From Pelomyxa schiedti (taxonomy: Eukaryota > Protista > Evosea), in assembly GCA_020536535.1 (NCBI GenBank), contig JAHLWZ010000968.1, forward strand, positions 1 through 36,078: 36,078 nucleotides of DNA, in the 5' to 3' direction. The translations under genes and the position numbers were made by a program. Positions within the stretch are counted from its first letter, which is position 1. Every line of letters starts with the position of its first letter. Positions 8,525-19,918 of this stretch are shown piece after piece. Below the pieces are notes generated by a model. The model was given only the letters and a program-made list of their open reading frames with translations, was not told the DNA's origin and did no database searches.

Positions 8525-11500
8525 ATGTTTACGGCGGACGACTTCCCCGTCCACGACAACGACATCGACGGCGAGGCTTTCGACGATGGCACCTCCCATA
8601 ATAGCCCCAAGCAGGGGCTCTTGATGCCAGAGCCGAGTCCCGCTGATTCTGGCGACACCCATAATGGCGATGATGCCGACGGGGAGCACCAACAACCACC
8701 ACAAATTGACACTACGTCATCAACGGTAACAGCAAAACCAACAACAACAGCAACCAACAAACCAACCCATAATGTAAAAACAACAAAACCAGTGGGTGGT
8801 GGCGGCGGCACAACTTCCCCATTAAAACAACAACAACCGCAGCAGAATCAAAGTCAACAGCAACAACTGCTACAGCAACTTCTACGTAGAGAAAATGCAG
8901 CATCTGCTGTGACCAATAGTCCCAGCCCAGTGTCATCACCGCAGCAGATTCACCGAAGCCCGGCGGCCCGGCCCCAGGGGGCGGCTAATGTGAGCGGCGG
9001 TACTTATGGGTCTGGTGTCACAGGGAGGCAAGGGGGTCTGGTTGCTGCATCGAGCAACTACTACTACCCTGTCACTGTGGTCAATTCTGCACTGAGTGTC
9101 ATAAGCAGGGAGGAACTGGAATCTAGGCTCATTGATGTGAAGGATGACAACACTACGTTGAAGAAGTCTTTGCGGGCTCAGGAGGAGCGAATAAAACAGT
9201 GTGTGGAATTCCCTTTACTTTCGGTGTTAATGGGATCGTTCAAGGCTCACTGCCAAGTTGATTCATGTGACGGACGACTCGAGGAAACCTGGGAGAGGTA
9301 CACTGTGTGCCCAGGTACTGGGCGAAATCGTCTAATGACACGTACTAATACAGAGCGGAAACTTGATAACCTCGAGATGGAAATCGATGATTTGCGAGCC
9401 AACTTACTGGCATCAACAAAACAAAATGAAGCTCTCAAAAACAAAGTACCAATAGCCGGCTTTTCCAACTCACTAAAGGTCTAATACAGCTGCAACTGGA
9501 ACGACTCACCAAGCCACGTTCAAAGTTAAACCGCAATGGTGCTTATCACTACATTACATCTAGAGTTGATACCGGCAGACCACCACACCCTTCAGCACCT
9601 CGGCCAATGGGGCGAGCATCAGTGAGCTTCTATATCCTAAATACATTTTTTCTAATCTGTTTGTTAGAACGCCAAAACTTTGATTCCCCTGATGACTGGC
9701 CCGAGGTTGAGTTTGACATTTTACACCTTTTCTCACCAAACTATAGTCCCTCACCACCACGACCAGCAACTCAACCACTTTTCATGATCAATATGAACGA
9801 TGCTCTCACAAATGTTCCCCGGCAATCACCGGAAGAGAACGACTTCAGAACGCAAACAAGTGAAAGTGAGCCCTGTTCAAGTGATGACAATGACACTAAA
9901 AAACACAGTCAATATGCTGCAGAGAAAGTAACCCCAGAAAGATTAATTGAGTTTGCTCCTATCCTCCATTGATTACCTGTAACACAACCTTCTAGGTTAC
10001 TCAAAGGTAACCCTGGATACGACCTGGAGAATATAGATGCCCACTCTTTGTATCTTCTCTATCTTTGGGATCTTTTTTGTTGTTAACCCATCGCAGGCAT
10101 GACGCTCTACGGCATTTAGTGCAACAGTACACAGGAAATGGTACTGCTGACCTGGATCAAGTGAAATACAAGTAATACTCTGTACCAGGAACCAATTAAC
10201 TAATATACCACAGAGAAGAAATACAACGTCTTCAAAGTATGCTCATATCAGCCCAAGAAGAAGTGAAAACTACACAAGATTTGTTGCAAAAAAAACAGTT
10301 TGTTCACTCTTCCATTTCCTCTCTGATTACTGTGCATAGAAAGACTTTCACTGACGACATGCAAGCTCTCCAACAGGCCCAGAACGACATCACGGAGTTG
10401 ACTGCTCAAAATAGGACTCTTCAAAGTAATGTATATATACCGACTGCCATTTGTTGGCATCCACCAATTTGATGTGTAGAATGAATTCCTCAAGAAGTCT
10501 CTTGAAGCTGTCAAAGATGCACATACTAAGCTCATGTCACAATTCAATGAAGTGAATGGCTCTCTCCTGGAAGTACTTCTGTCATTTCCCCTTCTTCTTC
10601 TTATTTTTACAGGAAAAAACAAAATCACGGATCAATGAGGCGCAAACAAAGGAAAGAATAAGAAACCAAGAGACATCTAGCCAAGAGGTACCATTGTTGA
10701 CTTAGCCAATACCTACTTTTCTCTTCACAGCTGCACCAAATAATCGAGCAGCTGAAAGAAGAAAAAGCACAGCTCCAGGACATTGTGAACAAAGTTAGTT
10801 TCATCTGAAATTGAAAATCTCACTTTTTCCCTTTGCAGCACCTCCACACCGGAACTCAGAAAGATTCCGCCATTGACGAGGAGCGAACCCACCTTCTATC
10901 TAGGATATCACAGCTTGAAGAACGGCTTTCTCATACTGGTCAGAGTGCCACAAACTTTGTCAATCAACAATGCGATACGCTGACAGGAAATCTCACTTCT
11001 TTGTCAAGTAAGCACGTGAGTTTATAACGTATTTCTTATTTTGATGTAGAAGAGATGCAAGAACTAAGAGAAAGAAATAAGGATCTTGTTGCCGAACTTT
11101 CAATAGCCCAAAGCCAACTTGAGGTAGCAGCCAAAATCTCTCTGGAATTCTTTATTGATCCAAAAAATGGAACTACAAGAAAAGGCCAGCCAAAATAAAC
11201 TGAAGGAAATTGCGGATCAATCGTCAACATCAGCACAGCACGAAGAGGTTTTTTTTACCAGCAATGTACATCGGGTCTTATACTCTCGACCAGACTAAGC
11301 GGGAGCTTGAGAGATCACAAATTGATTGCCAACAGCTAGCCCAAGATTTACAAACGTCCAGAACTTTACTTGAGCTGCAACAAAGTAGAATATTACTTCC
11401 GATGATAATTTTATTTTCCCATTAGGTCTGAATCTCAAACTAAAGAAAGAAGTTGAACAGCCTGCCTCTATGGTAAACGAAAACTCACTGGAATCAAAAA

Positions 11501-13744
11501 AAGATTCAGGTAGCCCAACATTCCGACTGTCGAACTAACTTAAGTTTTTTTCAGTGCCCCAAGTCATCACTGACCAGTCACAGCTCAACCTCAAACCAAG
11601 TTTTTGCCGCGAATTCACAATCTTCTACTAAATTACACATAGCTGAGAATGCTCTTGAGATCACTATTATTGCAGTTGACTTCTCTGCGGCTTCTGCTGC
11701 CTTCCTGGTATTGGATTTTTTTGAACATCAAACTGTTATCACTCCCTTACTCTGTGCTGGTGCCAAGCCCAACTTCACCATATGGTATTTTTTCCACATT
11801 ACTTTTTTCTAATGAATAGCCATTAGTTTTAAAACCCAAGTTGATCAATTTTTCCTGTATTACCTCAAATCTTCCTCGGTTCTCATGGAGCTCTACTCGT
11901 ATATGGGAGGCTCTTTCTCATTGACTGGATTAAGGTCTGCTGTGCTACTCAGATTTAATTTCTCACGTATCAAGTTCTTTGAGTTTCTCAGCACTTGTGG
12001 ATGAGGGTATTAGTTCCAAGGCTATATCATCAAGAGCGGACTTTATTAGTGCAAATGACAAGGTGACAATCATGCAACCTCCACATAAATATTAATCCGA
12101 TTACTAAGAGGTCCATGATTGGATCTGTCAACTTTTCTGTCAGAATGGTTCATTCTATGGCCGATCAGGTTCGCTTCAAAATGTATACGTTAGTAACTAA
12201 ATATTGCCAGATTAGAAGCATACCTACCGGGGAGATGACTCAATTGTGTGCCTCACCTTTTATATCATTTCATTTATCCACTTAGTGGGGGAGGCACAGC
12301 AGGCATATTACAGAAAAATGTGTTAGTTGTTCAAGTTCTTTCATGCCAGTCATTACCTAATACCATTGCTGGACCGCCGTCAACCTTTGTTCACTACCAA
12401 TTGTTTAAATTTCCTGATTCTTTGACAGCAAGTTCCCCGATAGCCACATTTGCACTCTAACACTTTCAGGAAGTAATACCCAGAGCATCAAATCCAAAGT
12501 TCAACCACGAAGAGAAATTCTGTCTCATGGTCACTGACCAGCTCGAGCATTACTTTCTCACCGAAAATGTACAGTGGAAGTATCAGCGCTTTACATACTA
12601 ATATCAATGAAGATTGAATTCACAGTCATAGATGACCAAGATCCACATGGTGATGCTTATCTGGGTATTGCGATTGTTCCCCTTTCACCATTGGCAACAG
12701 GACACTCTCAAGAAAATAGCTTCCCTTTGAAGGTAACTTATGTTCTCATCTTTTTATAACCGAAATGCAAGTCTATCGATGGGCACACCTGCGGAAATAT
12801 CGATGTAAATATTCACTGGATGTATCCGTGGGAGTCTCAGGTTGGGCTTCTCTCATTCCATTGTCCTTCTAACTTCCCAAAGGTAGATGCTCAGGAAAAC
12901 TTCCCAATCAAGGAGCAATCTAGAAGTGACCAGGAGAGACTAGCCATCACAACTGCCACCTCGACTGTAGAAACTCTTCACTCTCGTTGTTTCTTTGACA
13001 GTACTCGCAGGCCAAGATTACTGCTGTCACACACCCACGCCAACAACAGCAGCATGTGATAGACAAAAAGAAACAGCAGCTGCTGAAATTCGTTGGCGTA
13101 TCAATTGTAATTACTGTATCAAAGCTCGAATACATACCCACACCATCTTCTGCAAGAGCAACATCCACCCCAGCTTATGACACATCAGCAGATAAGGTGG
13201 CCGTAACAGTACACTTCTTGCGGGTGGATTCCGATATAATTACTCAATGGAGACCGCTTTCCGATGGTCCCATATTCAATTTTAGCTTCCGGAAAGGTAT
13301 GCTTTCTCCTCCTTCATTTCCTGCGCATCCCCAAACAAACTCTTCTTCCCTCCCTTACTTTTCCATTCAGAATACCCGCTGGATGACCCCGGCAACAGAT
13401 TCAAGTTGATGACCATTATGAGCAGTCACGTTAAATCTGATGCTGACATTGTATTTAACCTTTGCCTATTGAGCCCTTCTTCTAAAGTCAAGGTACGGGA
13501 AATAAACCCAAAAAAAAAATACGAACAGCAAAATATCGCCTCGCCTTGCCAAAATACTCACAATTACAAACAACAAAAGGTGATTGGCAGTGGGGAAGTC
13601 AATCTGCATGACATTGTGGGCACTGGGGCCGACCTTGAAGATCTGGACATTGTGCTCAGTGACATCAACTCTGTACCAGTTGCCCACCTCTGGGTCTCAG
13701 TCTCAGCCCTCGATGCCCTCTCATCACTACCAAACACTCACTGA
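8525..13744 (+). CDS. RPGRIP1L: RPGRIP1L/fantom (MKS5/NPHP8)-like ciliary transition-zone protein, many short introns
   Basis: N-terminal SREELESRLIDVKDDNTTLKKSLRAQEERIKQ|LTAKL; long coiled-coil exons; first C2 domain (ENALEI...LDFFEHQTVITP...VDQFFLYYL); second C2 domain (STFVHYQLFKFPD...FTVIDDQD...YLGIAIVPLSPL); third C2-like C-terminal domain. Internal exon boundaries not fully resolved. Confidence 0.85.
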
Positions 13745-13807
13745 ATCATTGATCCGGGCAATCATGTTTATTTTCCGTGTCTGTGCTTTCATAGAAAACT
13801 TAAAAAG

Positions 13808-15109
13808 ATGACGGGACACAACGTACCCCCAACCCCCCTTGATGTACTTCCAGATCTGATCGCGACTGGAACCAAATCATGGGAGCAACTGCTGGCCTTC
13901 GCGACGTCGTCACAGGCCCGATGCGGCGCGCGCAGCCCCGCGCGCACGTTCACGTCGGCGGCGGCCACATCGCCATTGTGGGACTGGTGCCTCACACTCA
14001 CCGAGGTGACCTTTGGAATTTGTGTGTCAGTAACCCATAATGGTAATGGTGGTGGTTGTGGTGAATTCAACGTGTACGTGAGGCTTGGTGTCTCAGCAGC
14101 TCTCAACAGTGTCACGTGGATAGACAAGCCAATCAGGTGCGCGCTCCCACAATGTGATCGTGGGATGCCTGCCCAAGTTGGTGCACCAGCTATCCTGTTT
14201 AAGGGTGCCGTGGACATCGACCACGTGATCGCAAGCACAATGCGCAAGTGGCCTCCATTTCAATCTCTTGTTGACCTGAGGACCGGGGCCGGCAGAAGCC
14301 TCACCGATGGCGTCATCGATCTGGGCCGTTGCCTTGAAATGGGAGGGAACAGGAAGTGGTGGATGTGCATCAGGGTTGACTGCGAAAGATGGGAGTTGCA
14401 CTTGACTGTGTGCGATCTGCTGTCGGACAGGGAGTGCGGTTCCGTGCCGTGTGGTTTCGTCGAACTGCCAGAAGGTCAAATTTTGGGCTCCGGGCTGCTC
14501 TGCAACAACACGAATCCTGACGAAGCTGTAATGTGTGTTGAGAGTAATGGTAATGTGACTATCATGGTGATTGACGTGGCCAAGACGTATGCAACCAGGA
14601 ACCCAGTTGTGGTGAGCTCTTTCAAGTGGAAAATTCCAGAGGGCTGGCACTTCCACTCTGGTGTTGCACTGAGTGCCTTGGATGGCAAGCATGTACTTTT
14701 TTTTGATGTATCTGCCAGTATTTTCAAGTTTGTGGAGGGTTGCAATTATGGTTATTGTGGACCAGTAGCAGTGTCAACAGATCCAGAGGCCGTGTCACAG
14801 CTGAGTTCAGCACAGCTGTGCATCTCAAAGAGCAACACTGTTGAAATCTGGGATTGCAACAGCAACTCAACAGAACCACTCAGGGTCATTGAGAGAATTC
14901 TACATCCAGACCTCTTAAACCCTCCAGTGATTGCAGAATCAGGGTTCTTGTTCCATCAGAGTGTCAACCAAACAGGTGGAGCACAAGATGGTGATGATGA
15001 TGAACTGAAGGTCACTGACTCGCTTGGGAATGTTGTTGTCACACTCAAAATGCCCCCTGGGTGGTGGCAAACTCCTTATCACGATTTTTCAGTCTCTGGT
15101 TTCATGTGA
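13808..15109 (+). CDS. Intronless cluster family, copy A (433 aa), unknown function
   Basis: Single long ORF with the shared N-terminal LPDLIATG...QLLAFATSS.ARCGARSPAR...SPLWDWCL block and C-terminal VEIWDCNS...GFLFHQ...FSVSGFM block. Confidence 0.9.
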   Translation: MTGHNVPPTPLDVLPDLIATGTKSWEQLLAFATSSQARCGARSPARTFTSAAATSPLWDWCLTLTEVTFGICVSVTHNGNGGGCGEFNVYVRLGVSAALNSVTWIDKPIRCALPQCDRGMPAQVGAPAILFKGAVDIDHVIASTMRKWPPFQSLVDLRTGAGRSLTDGVIDLGRCLEMGGNRKWWMCIRVDCERWELHLTVCDLLSDRECGSVPCGFVELPEGQILGSGLLCNNTNPDEAVMCVESNGNVTIMVIDVAKTYATRNPVVVSSFKWKIPEGWHFHSGVALSALDGKHVLFFDVSASIFKFVEGCNYGYCGPVAVSTDPEAVSQLSSAQLCISKSNTVEIWDCNSNSTEPLRVIERILHPDLLNPPVIAESGFLFHQSVNQTGGAQDGDDDELKVTDSLGNVVVTLKMPPGWWQTPYHDFSVSGFM

Positions 15110-15335
15110 GGAAAAAATCACTACTGTTGAGAACTGCCAACTGGTGGGACAAACTCTACACCAGCATCATCAACAACACTGCGGCACACCTCCACAGAGT
15201 TACCACCAACACTGCACCCTAGGGGATGATGGATTCAGGCATCATCCTTTAGATTCTTGTAACTCACCAGTGAACCAATTAAAAGGAAAAAAAAAAAAAA
15301 GCTATTAATAGTTTCAAAGACAACTTCACATGAAG

Positions 15336-15406
15336 AAAGCTGATTTCCACAGCTGAAATTAGTCTGAAACCTTAAGTGTGCTCCTCCAAAAGACTATCTG
15401 CCATTT
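15336..15406 (-). pseudogene. Remnant of the 3' end of a paralogue of the 17254-19736 gene
   Basis: aaagc..tttccacag..gtctgaaac.ttaa..gctcc.ccaaaag.ct..tgccattt aligns by eye with 17261-17342. Confidence 0.6.
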
Positions 15407-15611
15407 TGTGACTTCAGAGTCTCACGAGCAGCTTTATCCCTTTACAACAACGAGAACAAACAAGAAAACCCTTTATTCTCTTCCCTCTCCTCTGTAGGGC
15501 TTATTCTTGAGCCCACAGAAGCTAACAATTTCTTCTATTTGGTACCTCTTGAGTGTCAGTGAAAAAAATCTTTCAGATTTCATTATCAGTGATTTTTTGT
15601 GATTTTGAGTC

Positions 15612-16955
15612 ATGATGATGACTGAACCCGACTCCTCAGCGCCCGGTGACGTACTTCCAGATCTGATCGCGACTGGAACTAAAGCATGGGAGCAACTGCT
15701 CGCGTTAGCTACGTCGTCACAGGCCCGATGCGGCGCGCGCAGCCCCGCGCGCACGTTCACGTCGTTGTCGGCGGCGGCCACATCGCCATTGTGGGACTGG
15801 TGCCTCATCCTCACCGAGGTGACCTTTGGAATTTGCGTGTCAGTAACCCATAATGGTCACCGTGGCGGTGGTTGTGGCGGGGATTTCAACGTGTACGTGA
15901 GGCTTGGGGTCTCCGCATCACTCAACAGTGTCACGTGGATAGACAAGCCGATCAGGTGCCCACTCCCACAATGCGATGGTGGGATGCCCGCCCAAGTTGG
16001 TGCACCCCCCGCCATCGCCTACAAGGGTGCCGTGGACATCGACCACGTGATTTTAAGCACGGCGTATCAGTGGCCTCCGTCGCAGTCTCTTGTTGACCTG
16101 AGGACAGGGACCGGCAGAAGCCTCACCGATGGCGTCATCGATCTGGACCGTTGCCTTGAAATGGGAGGGAACAGGAGGTGGTGGATGTGCTGCACCGCCC
16201 ACTTTGTTGCTGCTGACCCCGCAAGGCTGCGGCTAAGCTTCACTGTGCGCGATCTGCTGTCGGACAGGGAGGAGTGCAGTTCCGTGCCGTGTGGTTTCGT
16301 AGAACTGCCGGTGGAAGGCACAGTTTGGGGCTCAGGGCTGATCTTCAACAAGACGAATCCTGACGAAGCTCTCGTGTTGGTTGAGATTGGCAGTAACGCA
16401 ACTATCATGGTTGTTGACGTGGCCAAGACGTATGCAACCAAGAACCCTGCTGTGGTGAGCTCTTTCAGGTGGAGCAGGCCAGAGGGCAACCACTTACACC
16501 CTGGTGTTGCAATGAGTGCCTTGGATGGCAAGCATCTCCTTTTTTTTCTGGTATCTGACAGTATTTTCAAGTTTGTGGAGGGTTGTGATTATGGTGATGG
16601 TGGACCAATAGCCTTGTCTACAGATGCAGACTCAGTGTCACAACTGAGTTCGACACAGCTGTGCATCTCAAAGAGCAACACCGTTGAAATCTGGGATTGC
16701 AACAGCAACTCAGCAGAACCACTCAGGGTCATTGAAAGGAATCTCTCTGCCAATCCAGGCCTCTTACACCTACCAGTGATTGCAGAATCTGGGTTCTTGT
16801 TCCATCAGTGTGTCAAGCGAACAGGTGGAGCACAAGATGATTGTAATGATGAACTGAAGGTCACTGACTCACTTGGGAATGTTGTCGTCACACTCAAGGG
16901 GCCTCCTGGCATGCGGCAAACTCTTGCTCAGCGGTCAATCTCTGGTTTCATGTGA
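15612..16955 (+). CDS. Intronless cluster family, copy B (447 aa), closest to copy A
   Basis: Single ORF with the same conserved blocks. Shares the middle region (PQCD.GMPAQVGAP, ALDGKH) with copy A. Confidence 0.9.
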   Translation: MMMTEPDSSAPGDVLPDLIATGTKAWEQLLALATSSQARCGARSPARTFTSLSAAATSPLWDWCLILTEVTFGICVSVTHNGHRGGGCGGDFNVYVRLGVSASLNSVTWIDKPIRCPLPQCDGGMPAQVGAPPAIAYKGAVDIDHVILSTAYQWPPSQSLVDLRTGTGRSLTDGVIDLDRCLEMGGNRRWWMCCTAHFVAADPARLRLSFTVRDLLSDREECSSVPCGFVELPVEGTVWGSGLIFNKTNPDEALVLVEIGSNATIMVVDVAKTYATKNPAVVSSFRWSRPEGNHLHPGVAMSALDGKHLLFFLVSDSIFKFVEGCDYGDGGPIALSTDADSVSQLSSTQLCISKSNTVEIWDCNSNSAEPLRVIERNLSANPGLLHLPVIAESGFLFHQCVKRTGGAQDDCNDELKVTDSLGNVVVTLKGPPGMRQTLAQRSISGFM

Positions 16956-17253
16956 GGAGATCGAACAAGGCTGTCGCACACCCACCAACAACAAAAGCCT
17001 GGTAACACACGACGTTCAGAACGAAACCCAGCCCCAAGAAGGGTTTTCGGGGTCTTGTAAATAAATCAGTGCGTGACAAAAGGACGGCGCGGACGCCATC
17101 GAAAAATTGGATTTTGTGCGTCGTTTTCTCTGCTACGGAGCCTGTGTGTTGGAAACACGCCCCGTCAACCTGTGCTTTTTCGCACACACTGGTGCTTTTT
17201 TCACGCTGTGACTCCCCACAAGAAATGGATTGGACAAGGCTTTTTTTTTTTTT

Positions 17254-19736
17254 TCATACCAAAGCAGCTTTCCACAGTTGGAACTCGTCTGAAACGTTAA
17301 TGCAACGTCTCCAGAGCTCCGCCAAAAGCCTCTGTGCCATTTCTTCTTCTATGTGGTACCTTCCTAGTGTGTACTCTGCAATGCACGGCAGGTTGCTCAC
17401 TCGAGGCATTATTCTCCAAGTCGTGTCACAGCTCAGTTCTGGGAACTTATTGAGGATCATTCTCCACGTTGAAAGGTACAATCTTCTGTGGCTGTTTGAT
17501 TGTCCCCATTTCATGAACATGTCAACAACCTTGTGTGACTTAATTACTGGTGTTTGTGTAAGAGTGAAATACCTCCTCCAAGCAAATCCCAAAATAATCA
17601 ATCAGCCATCCTGCACAACTATTCTTGTTTGACAGAATCAACTGATAAAGCACAACATTGTGGTTTGCCTTGATGTGGCTTGCTGTGAGGTGGTATTGTT
17701 CCGCAAGCCACCTCACTACATCAGAACACAAGAACACAATACGGTCTGAGCTCAGTGCATGTGCAACATCCTCAGAAGAGAAAGGCAACAGAGAGGTGAG
17801 CTCTTTCACAGCACTCAGGCTCCACTGTGCAACGCACTGCAGCAATTTTGCCAAAAGGTATCTTCGTCTGTTGCTGACAAAATTGGAGGGTTGGATGTGA
17901 AAGGCCTTGATGATGAACAGTATGGATTTATGGCGCTTCGCTGTTGCTGCTTGATCAAGAACTTCCAAGGCACTGTCACTGTCAAGCTCAGCAGCAGTCA
18001 GTCGAGCAACAAACCACTCAATTCCCGCCAGTTTTTCCTCACCAAATGTCAGGACTTTGCATATTTCAAGAAGAGCCTTTGCAACGCAACTTGAGCCCTG
18101 AGAGTTGATACCATTCATCACTGAATAAGTTTCCTCAAGCCAGTTGGCAATCCTGGTGTTGTTGCGGGACAGTGAGGAAAGAAGTCCTCGTTTATGGTCT
18201 TCTGGGGAGAGATGGACTTGCGAAGAGACCCACTTGGGGAACTCAACATTGTCACCATAGTTGCAGCATGATGGCTCGAAATCATTGGGAGTTGGCCTGA
18301 ACTTCCTCTCAGAAACAAGCCATGTGGCGAAGTCTAAATCTTGACCAAAGTGGCAGAACATAGACAGGCTGGTGTTTGTCAGTTGTTCTGGGAAAGTTGT
18401 GGCAGCCCAGTGTCTGATTTCACGATTTTTGATGCCAGTAATTGGAAGCACATATGTTTGGGATGACGGATCAAGGTGACTTTTCATCCATTGGCATAGC
18501 TCCAAGGTACTCCTTGGATTACAAAGCACAGGTCTAAACAGTAAACTGGCTGATAAGTAGTCAGTAGGGAATGGTACCTGCCCCAGGAACCACTTGACCA
18601 ATTGAGGGTCTTTCCCCTCACCACATGCCATGGCAAGGTGCAGCGCAGCTTCTGAGGACTCCTGTTGTTGCAGATTTTCTGTCAATCCCGGGAACTTGGT
18701 CAGGATCCATTTGGCAACTTCGAGGTGACCTCCGCTGAGTGCAGCACGTAGGGGCATCAGCATTTCCCAAGGTTGGTTGATACCAAAGGTACTTGTGGCC
18801 CACTGCAGCATCTCGAGGTTACCTGATGAACATACTCTAGTGAGGAGACGGAACTCACCAAAGTACCCAGACTTGACATCCTGCATGAGTTCACTGCCTG
18901 GCCTTCTGTCCCACACAAGTCCAGGGGAGTTCATTCTTCCCACCAAGGCTTCAGGCCTTGGCTCCACGGCATCGCCGCTTTCAAAGAAAGATTTTGCGGC
19001 AGACAAGTGGCCTCCAATACACAGACCAAACATCACACTCATGGTCTCCTTGTGCCTTCTGCTCTTCTTCCTGCAAAGCCATCAAACGTTACAGCAACTA
19101 ATCACTTAATTGTAACACACAAAGCCAATTATTAAATAAATCCAACTCTTGAATATAAACGCAGTATGATTTTTTTGTATTGTATTTCATAAATCTAATA
19201 ATTATTTGTAATATTGGGTGGGTGTGTGCCAGCAAATTATTCTTTTTATTTATTATTTGGATTTTTATTCTTATTTTGACTCTTTTAGCAGCATACCACG
19301 TTCCCCTGCAGTCGATATTCCTCAGCAGCCACGACACGCACCTCGACCGCGGGTCCCCCGTCACGCTCGCCGCCGTCGTCAGCACGTAGTACCGCCCGCT
19401 GTGGCCCACCCCCGCGCACCCCGGCCCCGCCAGCGACGACCACGCCCGCGACGCCACGGCCACGGCCACGCCGCACGCCAGCCCCGACAGCGGCCACACG
19501 CCCTCCCCGACGCCCACGAGCCACGCGCACGCGCCGTAGCGGGAGTACCCGGTGGTGGCGGCCGCGGCGGTAGCGTCGGCCACCAAGACGGGCACCACGT
19601 GCTGCCACACCACCGACGCCACGTGCACAGCCCACGCCAGTGCCCCGCCGCGGGGCCACGATGTGTCGCCCGCCTCCGTCATCATTAGTGCTTTGGCATT
19701 TTGACAGTGCCCGTCGCTCGTCTGCTCCGTAGTCAT
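17254..19736 (-). CDS. Degenerate ankyrin-like helical repeat protein, 3 exons
   Basis: ORFs 19098-19736, 17540-19042 and 17254-17601 join through GT-AG introns (about 19071-19296, and 43 nt near 17530-17572). Motifs GLCIGGHLSAAK, VCSSGNLEMLQW and ALSGGHLEVAKW are ankyrin-like. Confidence 0.75.
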
Positions 19737-19918
19737 CGTCTGACTTTTCTTTTCAGTGAAAATCTGTATTTACCACTCTGGGTCGATTGTGGGTTCAATC
19801 GTTGTGCGACATTGTGTTGACATCAAGACAACAAATTGAGTGTTGAATAAAGTCTTGTGGCGTTTGAGTTGACGCTCCAAGTTGGAAAACGGGTGTAACC
19901 TTTTCATCAAACGGTGAC

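Noticed and set aside
15224-15247. Hairpin GGATGATG...CATCATCC
   Set aside because: An 8-bp stem is expected by chance at this window size and it is not repeated after other paralogues.
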